From Octopus vulgaris (Eukaryota), in assembly GCA_951406725.2 (NCBI GenBank), contig OX597822.1, positions 13,516,001 through 13,580,000 on the forward strand: DNA of 64,000 nucleotides, written 5' to 3'. A program made the translations under genes and the position numbers. Position 1 is the first letter of the stretch, and every line of letters starts with the position of its first letter. The notes under the pieces were generated by a model. The model did no database searches, was not told the origin of the DNA, and was given only the letters and a program-made list of their open reading frames with translations. Of the stretch, positions 12,355 to 24,991 are shown one piece after another.

Positions 12355-12997
12355 TATAATTAAGGGTACTAAGAAACAGTACCTACATTCTATTAGTACA
12401 AGGCTGACAGCAAGCAATGGAATAAAATAGATGTAATAAAATTTTGAAGTTAATTCCAGATCGTTCCATTTTTGGTTTAGTAATGCAAACTGCTTTATCT
12501 TCAGCAGAAGAACATACCAGAAGTACGTAAATATAAATATATATAATACACATACATATTCATTCGTAGATATACAAATATATGCATACATCTGCACTTA
12601 TATACGAGGCGAATCCGATTATTCATCTCAACCACGTGCTTATTACATCAAGATAATACCACAGTAAATATCAGGATCGGAGATGAATAATCGGATTTGA
12701 CTCGTATATAGGTGTAGATGCATGCATATATTTGTATATGTGCGGATGTATTTGTATGGGTATGTATATATATTTATACTTGTGTACTTCTGGTATATCT
12801 TATTGATGACAGTAATTTGTATTCCTAAACTAGAAATTGCACGATCTAGAATTGACTTCGAAATTTTACTAAATCTCTTTTATTCATTTACTCGCTTTCA
12901 GCCTTTTGCTAATGGAGTGCAATTTGAAGTGGTGTTTTAGAGTTTTTGACGTCTATCTCTAGCGTGTAAGTACTGTTTCTCAATACCCTTAATTATA
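12355..12997. repeat. Old ~640-bp fold-back element with degenerate HHR-like cores
   Basis: tataattaagggta.../...acccttaattata ends; inner tatacgag..atccgattattcatctc mirrored at ~12680..12710; CTGAAGA on minus ~12498..12504. Confidence 0.8.
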
Positions 12998-13021
12998 GTT
13001 ACATACATATAATTTCATATA

Positions 13022-13057
<36 letters not shown>

Positions 13058-13081
13058 CAGACATGTATGTATATATGTATG

Positions 13082-13115
<34 letters not shown>

Positions 13116-14054
13116 TGTATGTATGTATGTATGTATGTATAGGCTTCCCAAAAGTATCTGTGCAGAATGTAGAATATACAAGACGTAACTTGTTCGCCTT
13201 TGGATAATTTCATCTTTATATTTTTTCCTGGGTTTTTTTGGGGGGTTTTTTTAAGAATTAGGTCACGATACTATCTGCAAGTGTAGAGAGAGAATATTGT
13301 CTCTGTAGAATATATTATAGTCATATATTATTTCTAAATCATATACGTATGTATATTACCTCTATATCACACACATATGTCACAGTAGTGAATGTGCTAT
13401 ATTATAGCTTTTAAATTATTGCCGTTTATATTGATAAATCCCTTGAGGTGTCGCGAGTTTGAAAGTCACAATATTTCTTGACAGCAGATAGAAGAAAAAG
13501 CGAGTGCATATGTGTGCGTGGTGTGTGTGTGCATATATATATATGTGTGTGTGTGTCTGTGTGTGTGTGTGTGTTTGTGTGTGGGTGGGTGTATGTGTGT
13601 GTGTGTGTGTGTGCGTGTGTGAGCGTGTGTATATGTAAGTATACCTATCACCACATGCGTGAAAGAATGTATAAATGTGCGTTTGTACGTGTACGCGCGT
13701 ACGTTTGTGTGTATATATCTAAGTATCAATATATCTATGTATGTATCAATGCATATGTGTATAAATGTGTTCACATATGTGTATGTGTTATGTGTATGTG
13801 TATGTGTTACACATATGTGTATGTGCGTCTACATATTTGTGGGTTTGTGAGTAGATATTTGCGCGACATAAGACGCAGTATGAAAGCTGTGTTCCTTTGG
13901 AGATAGAATTTGCAGACGGCGAAGACACGATGAAAAATTACCATCATACACAGCGCCGGAATTAAGATAACAAAGAGAGAACAGCGTATGGCTGCGGGAA
14001 TGATGGTATCTTGTGTGTATTTCAAATAATGAATATATATATATATATATATAT

Positions 14055-14265
14055 ATTACGGAGATGTACTCGCATAGCAAGTAATTTGATCTGAGATCGT
14101 GTGCTGAAACGAAAACAATTGCAGCGTGGAAGGTGTTTATAAGCCATTTAAGAAACACACAAAAGCCGTTCGATTCACTTCAACATTTAAGTTTAATTTG
14201 TCAAAATATTTTCGTCGCTAAAATCCGCGACCTGTTCACTGACAAAGTCCGTGCTGCATCTCTCT
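14055..14265 (-). mobile_element. (TA)n-flanked element carrying a G3-C8 variant hammerhead at 14197..14246
   Basis: minus: tttgtca GTGAACA g gtcgc ggatttta gcgac GAAA atat TT tgacaaa; second copy at 50616..50841. Confidence 0.75.
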
Positions 14266-14294
14266 CTCTATATATATATATAGAATTAAAGTCA

Positions 14295-14925
14295 AATTTT
14301 TCTTGAGAACAATTCTTAGTGGTTGAGAACCTTGCGGATCTATCTTTAGCGTTAAAGCGTCCACATAGTAGATTCTCTCTCATTTTTGTGTATTAATAAT
14401 ATTTACTGAATCTCAGTTTTTTATGCGCTAAACCACTGGTGTTAAATTGATGATGTTAAATTAATATCTAATTTTTTCACCCTCATTTTTACCTTAATTC
14501 TAAATTAATATGTTCTCAAACCGGCGTTAACTACTGCAGTGAATTATTTATGCAATATATATTTCCAGGAATTTGGCGCGCTGATACGAGGGCATTTGAA
14601 TATAACTGCGAATATAATAGGCCGAACTACTCGTATTTTTGACCTCGTGTAAATATCTGGCGTGCAGTTCGACAAATTATATTTTATGACGAATCTCACT
14701 TATGATCTGTAGTTTAATTGTGTAAGTAAAATTGCATAATTTATTAACAGTGAAGCAATTGTTTGGGGTTAATCTATATTTTTGTTATTTTTCATTTGTC
14801 CTGCTCGCTTACGTTCATAGTGTGCTAAATTTTTCTTGAGAACAATTCTTAATGGTTGAGACCTTTGCGGATCTATCTTTAGCGTCAGAGCGTCCACATA
14901 GTGGATTCTCTCTCATATTTGTGTG
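14295..14925 (+). repeat. ~630-bp unit bounded by ~100-bp direct repeats, between (TA)n tracts
   Basis: aatttttcttgagaacaattctta..gcggatctatctttagcgt..gattctctctcat at ~14295..14392 and ~14828..14923. Confidence 0.8.
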
Positions 14926-14947
14926 TGTGTATATATATATATATATA

Positions 14948-15177
14948 TCAACATCACAATCAAGAACGGCATAATAGGCCATTCACCCACTAGAAATAAC
15001 AGCCAAAGCTTTAACGCAAAATAACATTAATTCGTAAACCAGGAGAAAATTAAAAAAACATTTACCCTGTTTTTTTAATTTTCTCCTGGTTTCGAATATG
15101 TTATTTTGCGGTTAAAGCTTTGGCTGTTATTTCTAGTGGGTGAATATATTATGGCCGTTCCTTGATTGTGATGTTGA
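14948..15177. repeat. ~230-bp fold-back
   Basis: tcaacatcacaatcaagaacggc... mirrors ...gccgttccttgattgtgatgttga; centre ~15065. Confidence 0.88.
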
Positions 15178-15270
15178 ACCTATAAATGGTCTATGACTAT
15201 TTAATTTTTTCCCACTAGGCCGCTGGTGGCAAAAAAATTCTACAAAATCTTTTTTGCCACCCTATATTGA

Positions 15271-15328
<58 letters not shown>

Positions 15329-15335
<7 letters not shown>

Positions 15336-15560
15336 AATATTTCGGAATGGTCACTTTGCCAGTTTAGCCAATAAAAACAAACGCACTATATATTTGATGT
15401 TACTTATTTTTTACATTAATCTTAATCTTATTTCGGCCAGAGTTCTTTCGTCACACTCCTGTGTAAAAATAACACTGAAGCAAAGTAACACCAAATATAT
15501 AGTTCGTGTGTTTTTATTGGCTAAACTGGCAAAATGACCATTCCGAAATATAACAATATA
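15329..15560. repeat. ~230-bp fold-back with the 3' half of an HHR-like motif in the spacer
   Basis: ttcggaatggtcactttgccagtttagccaataaaaac mirrored; spacer on minus reads cac aggagt gtg ac GAAA g aa c TC tggccg. Confidence 0.8.
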
Positions 15561-15612
15561 TGTTTCAACACACGACTTCACATAAAAAATCTTGCACAAC
15601 AAATATATAAAC

Positions 15613-15700
<88 letters not shown>

Positions 15701-15764
15701 TATATATATATATGTATATATATATATATAGGTATATATATATATATACATATATGTATGTATG

Positions 15765-15811
<47 letters not shown>

Positions 15812-15851
15812 GTATATATTTTTTTTTATTTATATATATATATATTTTTAT

Positions 15852-17485
15852 CTAGTTTCAGCTCACAAGCTGTGGCCATGCTGGGGCACCACCATTTGGT
15901 GTTGCTACATGATTTTACTTCACGAATGCTTTTTAGCAACTGCCATTTGGTGCACGAGAGAGTTCGATGCAGCTGCCCTCATCTGCACCTCCTGCCGTGA
16001 AGTTGGTTCATCTGGGACACCTGTCAAGAAGAGATCCAGTTTTATTTTAAAGACATCTGCATCCACCCCATGCAGGTCTCTTAGGTTCTTTGGGAGGATA
16101 TTGAAGAGCTGTGGGCCTCGGAAGCCCAGGCTATCGCAGTATCTCGTCCTACATCTTGATGGCAAATTTGGAGTCCTTGGCACTATGCAATGGCGCCCAG
16201 TTCTGGCATTTGTGTAACTCTCGATGCCAAAGTTTGGGACAAGTTCTTCTAGGATCTTCCAGATGTATATTATGGCATATCTTTCTCGCCTACGCTCTAA
16301 GGAATAGAGTCTTAATCTCTTGAGTCTTTCCCAGTAGCTTATATGCTGCACAGAGGCTAACTTCTTCGAGTAGCTTCGTTGGATCGCCTCAAGTTCTGTG
16401 ATTAACTTGACACTGGATGGTGACCATAGCTGAGAGCAATAGTCAAAGTGGCTTAGGACAAGTGTCCTCCAGAGGACCATCATGGTTTCCTGGTCTCTTG
16501 TTCTAAAGGTTCTAAGAATCCATCCGGTCAGTCGTCTACATTTCATTGCCAATTTAGCAACATGCACATGAAAGGTTGCATCATCACTCATGTAAATACC
16601 CAGGTCACGCACTGATTGTGCCTCTGGGATTGCAATCCCTCCAGGTCCAGTGTATTTATTGGGTATTGCATTTAGTTTTGCATGCTGATAGCATAAAGCT
16701 TGAAACTTTTCAGCACTGAACTGCATGCTATTCTTTTCAGCCCACTTGTATATTTTGTCCATCTCACATTGCAGGTGCTTAGTGTCTTCAGGGTTCTGTA
16801 TTGCCTGTGAAACTTTTGTATCATATGCATAACTTGTGATCGTGGCTCTCTGCGTGGCTGAGGGCATGTCTGAGAGGGCCATTATGAACAGTAGTGGTCC
16901 CAAAACAGTGCCCTGCGGAACACCGCTCACTATTTGCGTGTTAATAGAAGTGGCCCCATTGGCTACTACCACCTGACTTCTATCCTTCAGAAAGTCATGA
17001 AGCCATTCTCCCAATGTTCCAACTATGCCAAGATCACGCAGATTGTGACATATCATTCCATGATCAACTTTATCAAAGGCCTTTGCAAAGTCGAGATATA
17101 TCACTTCCACATTTGAGTGGTTGAGCAGTCGTTTCAGCACCCAGTAATAGTGTTGTAGGAGCTGAGTTAAGCCGCTTCTTCCTGGTCGGAAACCATTTTG
17201 GGTGTCAGGCGGCAAGTCATTTTCTTCAAGGAAGGACATTCGTTCCATGGCCTTGCTGATGTGTGATGTCAGAGAGATAGGTCTGTAGTTCTTGGCCTCC
17301 GCTCTGCTACCTTCGTTATGAATGGGGCATATTTTACCTTCCTTCAGTTGTCTTGGAAGTTTGCCAGTAACAAGGAAGCTCTGAAAGAGGAACTGCAGTG
17401 GTCTTGCTAGGACTATCTTACATACTTTTAGAAGGATTGCTGGGAATCCATCGGGGCCAGTAGCTGAGTTTGTTTTCATTTCATC
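15852..17485 (-). mobile_element. 5'-truncated CR1-group LINE: RT domain, C-terminus and 3' UTR
   Basis: ORF 15920..17479: GPDG, NYRPISLTS, QNGFRPGRS, YLDFAKAFDKVDH, SGVPQGTVLGPLLF, YAYD (catalytic YADD mutated), RDLG, SLERRR; short 3' UTR with stem-loop. Confidence 0.95.
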
Positions 17486-17628
17486 TATATGTATGTATAT
17501 ATTCCTTTACTTTCTTTTATTTTCTTACTTGTTGCAATTATTTGACTGCGGCCATGCTGGAGCACCGCCTTTAGTCGAGCAAATCGCCCCCAGGCGATGT
17601 TGGGAGACAGACAGGCACACACACACGC

Positions 17629-17666
<38 letters not shown>

Positions 17667-17825
17667 ATGTGTGTGTGTGTGTGTGTGTGTGTATAAGTGC
17701 ATACGTATGTGTTTGCATATAAGAGTACATGTATGTCTACATATATGTATATATGCATGTGTATATATATATATTTATATATATATATATACATATCTGT
17801 ACATATATGTAAGTATGTTTATATG

Positions 17826-17861
<36 letters not shown>

Positions 17862-17867
<6 letters not shown>

Positions 17868-18200
17868 TAAATTAGAGATAAGACCACTATTAGGCAAATC
17901 ATACAATGAAAAACTTAAGCCAATACATAAGATTAATTAATTTATATTATTTAAATATATATCAAAATTATTAAAAAAAGATAATTAATATAACACTACG
18001 ATCGTTTCATGGCTGTTCAATTCTTAAAATTTTCGAGTTACATTCATTCTTCAGGTGGTTTACATATCTAAAATATAATCAATATTTTTAAGATATAAAT
18101 AATATATATAATATAATAATTTTACTTATAATAAACTCTATTATCAAATATGATGATATCCAAATCGACTATAATGTTAAATATTAATTTTAATTTATAA
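17862..18200 (-). mobile_element. AT-rich PLE pLTR-like fragment with HHR at 17994..18057
   Basis: minus: cac CTGAAGA atg...cat GAAA CGATCG TA gtg; abuts (TA)n. Confidence 0.72.
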
Positions 18201-18283
18201 GTTAAAGTGAAGTTGTAAGGTACCGCACGAGTGGAATTATATATGAAAGAAGGTTTGAAAATGCAATTTTAAAAGATGTTTAT

Positions 18284-18328
18284 TCACTTGACCGGTTTCA
18301 CTTTTTAGAAAAAGATTGTCAAAAGTAA
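18284..18328 (-). ncRNA. Minimal hammerhead with U3-A8 core variant
   Basis: minus: ttactt TTGACAA t ctttt tcta aaaag t GAAA CCGG TC aagtga. Confidence 0.65.
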
Positions 18329-18562
18329 CATGTAAAAGTTTTGTTGTGTTAGGTACTGGTTGTCACAAAATATTACAATACATATATACATTCTTTGATA
18401 ATAATAAGAAAATGTTAAAAACAGTTTACAGAATAAATTTTATTGGGAAATTATTAACCAATTCATAAAACCTATTAGGATTTCATTAAAAATCACGTTT
18501 GTTTGGAAGTATCTATATATATACACAGAAAATTATAAGTTCAAAAAGGCCATATTTTGGTA

Positions 18563-18631
<69 letters not shown>

Positions 18632-20932
18632 GAAAAAGATATATTTAGTTTACAAAGAATTTGGTGTCAACTGACCTGCTTCACAATTTCATCGTAAAAG
18701 ACTATTTTCAATTTAAAGGGACAGTTTAGGAGGTGTGTTTGGGCGGGGGGAAAGAGAAGCAATGTGGAAATGAAAAGAAGTTTTTGCTGCTCTTTCACGG
18801 TTCAGTGGATATGGGGATCGGTCTTTAGAGGTCAGAATGGTGTGTATGTCTGTGTGTGTATATATATATATATATATATACGTGTTTGTGTTTGTGTGTG
18901 GGGGCCATTTTTGATTGGTCCCAGGGTTTATTGGGGTGTATGTAAATGTGTCTGTGTGTGCTTAATATTTGGTAGGATGGTGTGTATATATGTATGCATG
19001 TTTGTGTGTGTGTATGTGTGTGGTTAATATTTTTTAGAGTGTTGTATGTGCGCTAGTGCATTTAATTGTTTGTTCGCATGTGTGTATGTGTGCGTCTGTT
19101 GGTGTTGTGTGTGTGTTTTTATGTGTGTGATTGGTATTTGTTATAGTATTGTGTGTTGGGTTTATCTGTGTGTATATACGTTTTGTGTGTGTTGGTATTG
19201 AGTATGCGTTTGTGTGTGTGTGTGTATATGTGCGTACGGTTTATGTTGTTCTATAGTTTCCATGTGTGTGTGTGTGTGTATGTGTGTGCACATGTGTGTG
19301 TTGCATTTGTGAGTGATTTGTTTTGTTTGTATCGTTAGTGCAATGTGTGTGTATACGTGTAGGTGTGTTTGTGTGGGTGTGTCTATGTGTCTTGTATTTG
19401 TCGAGGAGGTGTGTGTCATTGTGTCCGTGCATGCTTGTGTGTATGTATGTTTGTGAATGTTCGTTGTGGTTGTTGTGATTGTAATGTGAGTGTATGTGTG
19501 TTTTTTCTTTTGAATGTGTGTGTGTGTGTGTGATTTTATTACTGGAGTACGGGCGTATTGTGTGTGTGTGTACAGGTGTGCATAAATGCGTGTGTGTTTT
19601 TGTGTGAGTTGTATTGTAGTTGCGTGTATGTTTGTGTATCTGTGTATGTGTGGGTGTGGGAGAGCATATGTATTAGAGGGTGAACTGCCTAATGACTAAG
19701 ATGTCGTACGAAAGATCGCGAGTTCGTGGTTTCAATCCATGAAAGGGTTGTGTTGTGAAGCAAAACATTCCATCTCACACTGCTTCGTGATCGGTTCGAT
19801 ACCTGATGTGTGGTACACGTTTCACTTGTTCAGAAAGCGTTGATTTGATGGAGGGCAAGAGCTAATGTATAAAGAAATCATTCGTGCAAGTTGTTTCGCA
19901 AGCAATTGCAGAACCATCATTCTCAGAATACAAAAGACCACCATACATATATTCATTACTTGAAAGAATAAAATATGAAGTGATGTGCACAGAATAATAT
20001 AAAACAATAATTAATTAAAAACAAGTACGCAGAAAATATATCCAACAAGCACGTATCCATATTCGCACACATACACACACATACATACACGCATACATAT
20101 ATACACACATACATACATACATATATATGTACACACACGCACGCATATATATATATATAGGTAGCATATATGTACATAATATATACTGTCTGCAGTACGT
20201 ACACATTTAAGACATATGCAATTATATTTTTATATTTGAATATATATGTGTGTGTGTAAATGAGTGTACCTGTGTGTGTCTGTGTGTGCACATATTTATG
20301 TGAGTAGATATACTCGCCACGCACTCATAAATATCTCTTTAACTTAGCACCAACTGCGACAGTCACAGCAAGCTTCACTGCAGGAGATAACAGCTTAGTT
20401 ACAGGTCTACAGGTGTAAAGAAAAAAAGAAAAGAAAAGAAGCATACGAAAATATCACCTCCTCCCCACACTTCCGTCGATAATAATATAAGGGTGTAACT
20501 ATTTGGAAGAATTCCTGAGAAAACGCACCGCCAGTAATCTACTGTCTGCAGAAAGATAAGCTTCACTCCATTTCTATGAAAATGCAATCACTGACAGCCA
20601 AATCCGTGGCTATGACTTAATTAGATATTTTCTCGCAAAACAAAGCAAACAATAAAAAAAGAAACAACCAACACAGATATAATGAATAAAGAAAAATAAA
20701 GAAGAGCATAAAGAAAATTATAAAAATTTTGTGAAGAACGATAACAAAAAAAAATGTTGATAAACGGAAAGTGTACACCTTAAGAATTTTCTGTCTTTCC
20801 AAAGTGCCAGCACAAATATTATTCTTTTGGCCTGAAATATTCTGTTTTTGCTCGTTGTCATTGTATTTATATCTTCAGAACTAATTACTACACATTGATA
20901 TGCATATATGTGTATGTGCATCAGTGTATGTA

Positions 20933-21009
<77 letters not shown>

Positions 21010-21399
21010 TTGTAAAAGACTTGAAGATGAAGAATATATCTACAATATAGAGAGAGGGATGTTTACTCGGTCGGCAGTTGAAATATCTCAGGATGACTTT
21101 GTCGATATTCCTGCAGCCGGACAAATGTTTATATCTTGACAGCTAACATATTAAAATTTGCGTGAAGATATACCGTTTGTAAACTACACTGCACTGCTAA
21201 CACCGTGTAAATAACAATATTGACTTGTAAACCTTTAATATTCTTGGAAGTATATTACGTTTGCAAAAGGAAATACTCTATCCTTGCCAGCAATTAATTT
21301 TTTTCTTTCTGTTTAGATGGACAGTAGGGGGTACTGCTACAATTCTATCGTGGGGGTGTACTTGTGTATTTCTATTTCTCTGACGGGTTGTGTCGAAAA

Positions 21400-21712
21400 C
21401 AAACAACTATAACTAATCTTTACAACGCTTGCGGTATAACCTGTGGTCACGTGACCGACCACTACCAGATATTGTTTCACATCACTGTTCACATGCTCTT
21501 TGCATTGTTTTAGCCTTTGAATGACGCCACCCCGCTGGCTAGGCGAGCAGGCCAGCATTTCCCCGCTGATCGAAAGGGGAACAGGGGCAACATGAAATGA
21601 AGTATTTTGCTCAAGAACACAACGCGCCGCCTTGTCTGAGAATCGGACCCATGGTCTAGCGATCATGCGTACAACAATACAACAGCTTAACCACTAGTTC
21701 ACTCGCCTTCAC
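21400..21712 (-). mobile_element. tRNA-derived SINE (family also at 33242..33532; inverted tail copy ~23360..23488)
   Basis: shared atgacgccaccccgctggcta.gcgagcaggcca and cgtgaccgacc tail; tRNA-like head on minus. Confidence 0.75.
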
Positions 21713-21816
21713 CTATGGTATATATATATATGCATTGGAAAAAGCGTAATTCTGTTCTACCAGAATATTTCCCATAACATTCTACAAACCGACCTACTCA
21801 TTTAACATCAAATATT

Positions 21817-22203
21817 CCTTTTCTACTCTTGGTCCATGTCCGAAATGGGGGGGCAGTCAATTACATCGACCCCAGTACGCAACTGGTACTTAATTTATCG
21901 GCTCCGAAAGATGAAAGACAAAGAAGGCCTCGGTGGAATTTGAACTCTGAACATAACGGCTGAAGAAATACCTATTTCTTTACCACCCACAAGGGGCTAA
22001 ACACAGAAGGGACAAACAAGGACAGACAAACGGATTAAGTCGATTATATCGACCCCAGTGCATAACTGGTACTTATTTAATCGAACCTGAAAGGATGAAA
22101 GGCAAAGTCGACCTCGGCGGAATTTGAACTGAGAACGTAGCGGCAGGCGATATTCCGCTAAGCATTTCGCCCGGCGTGCTAACGATTCTGCCAACTCAGC
22201 GCC
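21817..22203 (-). mobile_element. Dimeric tRNA-derived SINE with Meta-like core
   Basis: two copies of gttcaaattcc..gtcgactttgcctttcatccttt..taagtaccag; TSD tttaaca(t/g)caaatatt at 21801..21816 and 22204..22219. Confidence 0.88.
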
Positions 22204-22488
22204 TTTAACAGCAAATATTTCATAAAAATACTGGTGTAGAGAGAGGATGTAACATCTGCATATGGTGTCCCAAAGAACTATATTCGGCAAGTTAAATATG
22301 CAATATTCACGTGACATTGTAATAGGTTTTATAATTACTATAAAACACTCCGATGAAAATTTATTGATAAATCCATTCGGTCTGGAATAATGTAATCTCC
22401 TACCTTGAAACCAAATTGATAAGAGCCAATACACGAAACTCTCGGACCTTGAGTCACTCTGTAACTTCTACCAATTAATTAAAAATAC

Positions 22489-22895
22489 CAGGGACGTGCC
22501 GTCTAAATAGGCAAAATAGGCAGTGCCTACCTTGGATAAAATAGATCAATAGCAACATTTTCCTTTTATGGCAAAATATGCACCTAATTCAATAAAATTA
22601 AGGTTACTCTGATTCCTATGCATAAAATGCAAAATATTTAATTTTTTTTGTAGATTAGGTAGACGTAATTTGCCCCTGATTTTCAATCTCAGTATCAAAG
22701 CTACGCATAGTATTGCTGTAGTACATGTGCTGCGTACATTCCTACAACACTGTTTTCTTTACGTGTTATACAGGCAGAAGTAAATCTACCTTCAACCCAG
22801 TCGCGCACCTGTGTTTAGCTTACTTTTTTTGTGTGTTTTACTACATAAAGGTCACCGACTGCCTACCCTAAGTAATTGCTCACGGCACGTGCCTG
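22489..22895. mobile_element. Non-autonomous hAT-type element (MITE)
   Basis: 14-bp TIRs CAGGGACGTGCCGT / ACGGCACGTGCCTG (1 mismatch) and perfect 8-bp TSD AAAAATAC at 22481..22488 and 22896..22903. Confidence 0.88.
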
Positions 22896-23700
22896 AAAAA
22901 TACATATATTCTCATGTTTCGAATTTATTTTCTTGTTTGCATCACCAAACACACACTCACACAAACATAGGCACTTACATAAATACACATACACACACAT
23001 AAACAGACATGCATACATACATATGAGTGTAAACCATAAAAATTAGGAGATATGAGAAGTGAATATGTTTATTTAACCATTTGTCATCCATAGAATTACA
23101 GCCGATTCGCAGTTTTCTTCCTGTAATAACTCCTTTCTAACATAAGTTCAAGACCTGGAATTTTAGGGGAGGGGGCTTATCGATGACAGCAACCCCAGTA
23201 ATTGACTGGTACTTAATTTATTGTCCCCGAAAATACGAAAAAGAAAGTCGACCTCGGTGGAATTTGAACTCAGAGCGTATTTTCCTCATGTAACAATAAT
23301 TTCGATACACCACAGTTGCTTGCAACTCATTATGCTATTGTACATTTACAAATCAGTGTCGTCATTGAAAGGCTAAAACAATTAAAAGGCGCATGTGAAC
23401 AGATATGTGTAACAATATCTGGTAGTGGTCGGTCACGTGACCACAAGTTATACCACGAACAATGTTAAGATTAGTTATAGGTGTTTGAAAGCTAAGTTAT
23501 CAGATCACTAGAATATCATGGATACATCAATGCTTCAATCTGTAATATCCACATGATTCTAGGAATCCATATATAACGCCAAAAATATATGTGTACGTAT
23601 ACGTTTCGCCTGAAAATCGCAGTGGCGTGACAATCGATGCGTTAAATAAACACTCGGTATCACTTCCAATAAAAGCGATGTTTGTATATATATATATATA

Positions 23701-23896
23701 CACCATGTTGGACCGTTAGCTCCTACACGCATTTTTTTTCTCCTTGTTTCTTATCTGTGTATCTTTCTGTCGAAGAGCGTAGGCTCGAAACGTAAAAGAT
23801 TTGTTTTATTTCTATTCCTGAGCGCCATACTAATACAATTGTTTGTTTGTACTCCACCTGCCTTCGTCTTTTGTTTATCTTCGTAAACCTTCCCGT

Positions 23897-23898
<2 letters not shown>
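23701..23898 (+). mobile_element. ~200-bp (TA)n-embedded element with HHR-like motif (A6U) at 23761..23800
   Basis: atcttt CTGTCGA a gagc gtag gctc GAAA cg TA aaagat; copies at 27733..27915 (+), 32383..32467 (+, 3' part only) and 50925..51106 (-). Confidence 0.8.
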
Positions 23899-23966
<68 letters not shown>

Positions 23967-23978
23967 CGTGTCTGTATG

Positions 23979-24020
<42 letters not shown>

Positions 24021-24030
24021 TACATATATA

Positions 24031-24246
24031 GGCGCAGGAGTGGCTATGTGATAAGAAGCTTGCTTCCCAACCACATGGTTCCGGGTTCAGTCTCACTGCG
24101 TGGCACCATGAATGAGTGACTTCTACTATAGCCTCGGGCCGACCAAAGCTTTGTGAGTGGAGGAAAACTGGTAGAGGGAAACTGAAAAGAAGCCCTTCGT
24201 ATATATATATGTGTGTGTGTTTGTGTGTGTGTGTGCGTGTGTGTCA

Positions 24247-24301
<55 letters not shown>

Positions 24302-24485
24302 TGTGTGCCTGTGTTTGTCCCCGCCCATCATAGCTTGACAACCGATGTTGGTGTTTTTACGTCCCTGTAACGTCGCGTTTCGTCGAAAAAGAGACCGATA
24401 TAATAAGTACCAGGTTTACAATGAATAAATAGTGGATTCGATTCGTTTGACTGAAGGCGGTGCTCCAGCATGGCCACAGTAAAAG
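24031..24485 (+). mobile_element. tRNA-derived SINE with internal (TA)/(TG) microsatellite and CR1-like tail
   Basis: head ggcgcaggagtggct..gggttcagtc; tail ggcggtgctccagcatggccacagt; further full or partial copies at ~9340-9520, 10225-10345, 17520-17610, 25165-25340, 26570-26770, 42195-42310, 44195-44400, 61495-61720. Confidence 0.88.
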
Positions 24486-24495
24486 AAGACACAAA

Positions 24496-24544
<49 letters not shown>

Positions 24545-24943
24545 CATAGATATTTGAGAGGGAGAGAGAGAGAGAGAGAGAGAGAGAAATAGAGAGATAG
24601 AGAGTGATTGAGGATTACGACAAGGGCTTGTATAAAAGCGAAACATGTGTCGAGTTATCTCCCGTAATTACCAGACTAATTAAAATAGCATTAGTCATTG
24701 AGTATGATTGTTTCAGATTCACTCTACTTAATGCTACTGAGAGATTCAATATTTTGGTTTTATAGTTTTGGAGTCTGTCGTATTTAGAATTAAATTCGCT
24801 TGGTTAGCATATGTGTGTGAGTGTGTCTGAGTGTGTCTGAGTGTGTGTGTGTCTATATATTTGTGTGTTCATGTCTTTGGGTTTATGAGGTCTGGTGGGT
24901 CAGCGTAACTAGATATTTATACATACATACACCCACACACACA

Positions 24944-24991
<48 letters not shown>

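Noticed and set aside
15920-17479. 519-aa RT ORF as an active or domesticated gene
   Set aside because: 5'-truncated, has an apparent small internal deletion and the catalytic YADD reads YAYD; ordinary dead LINE copy
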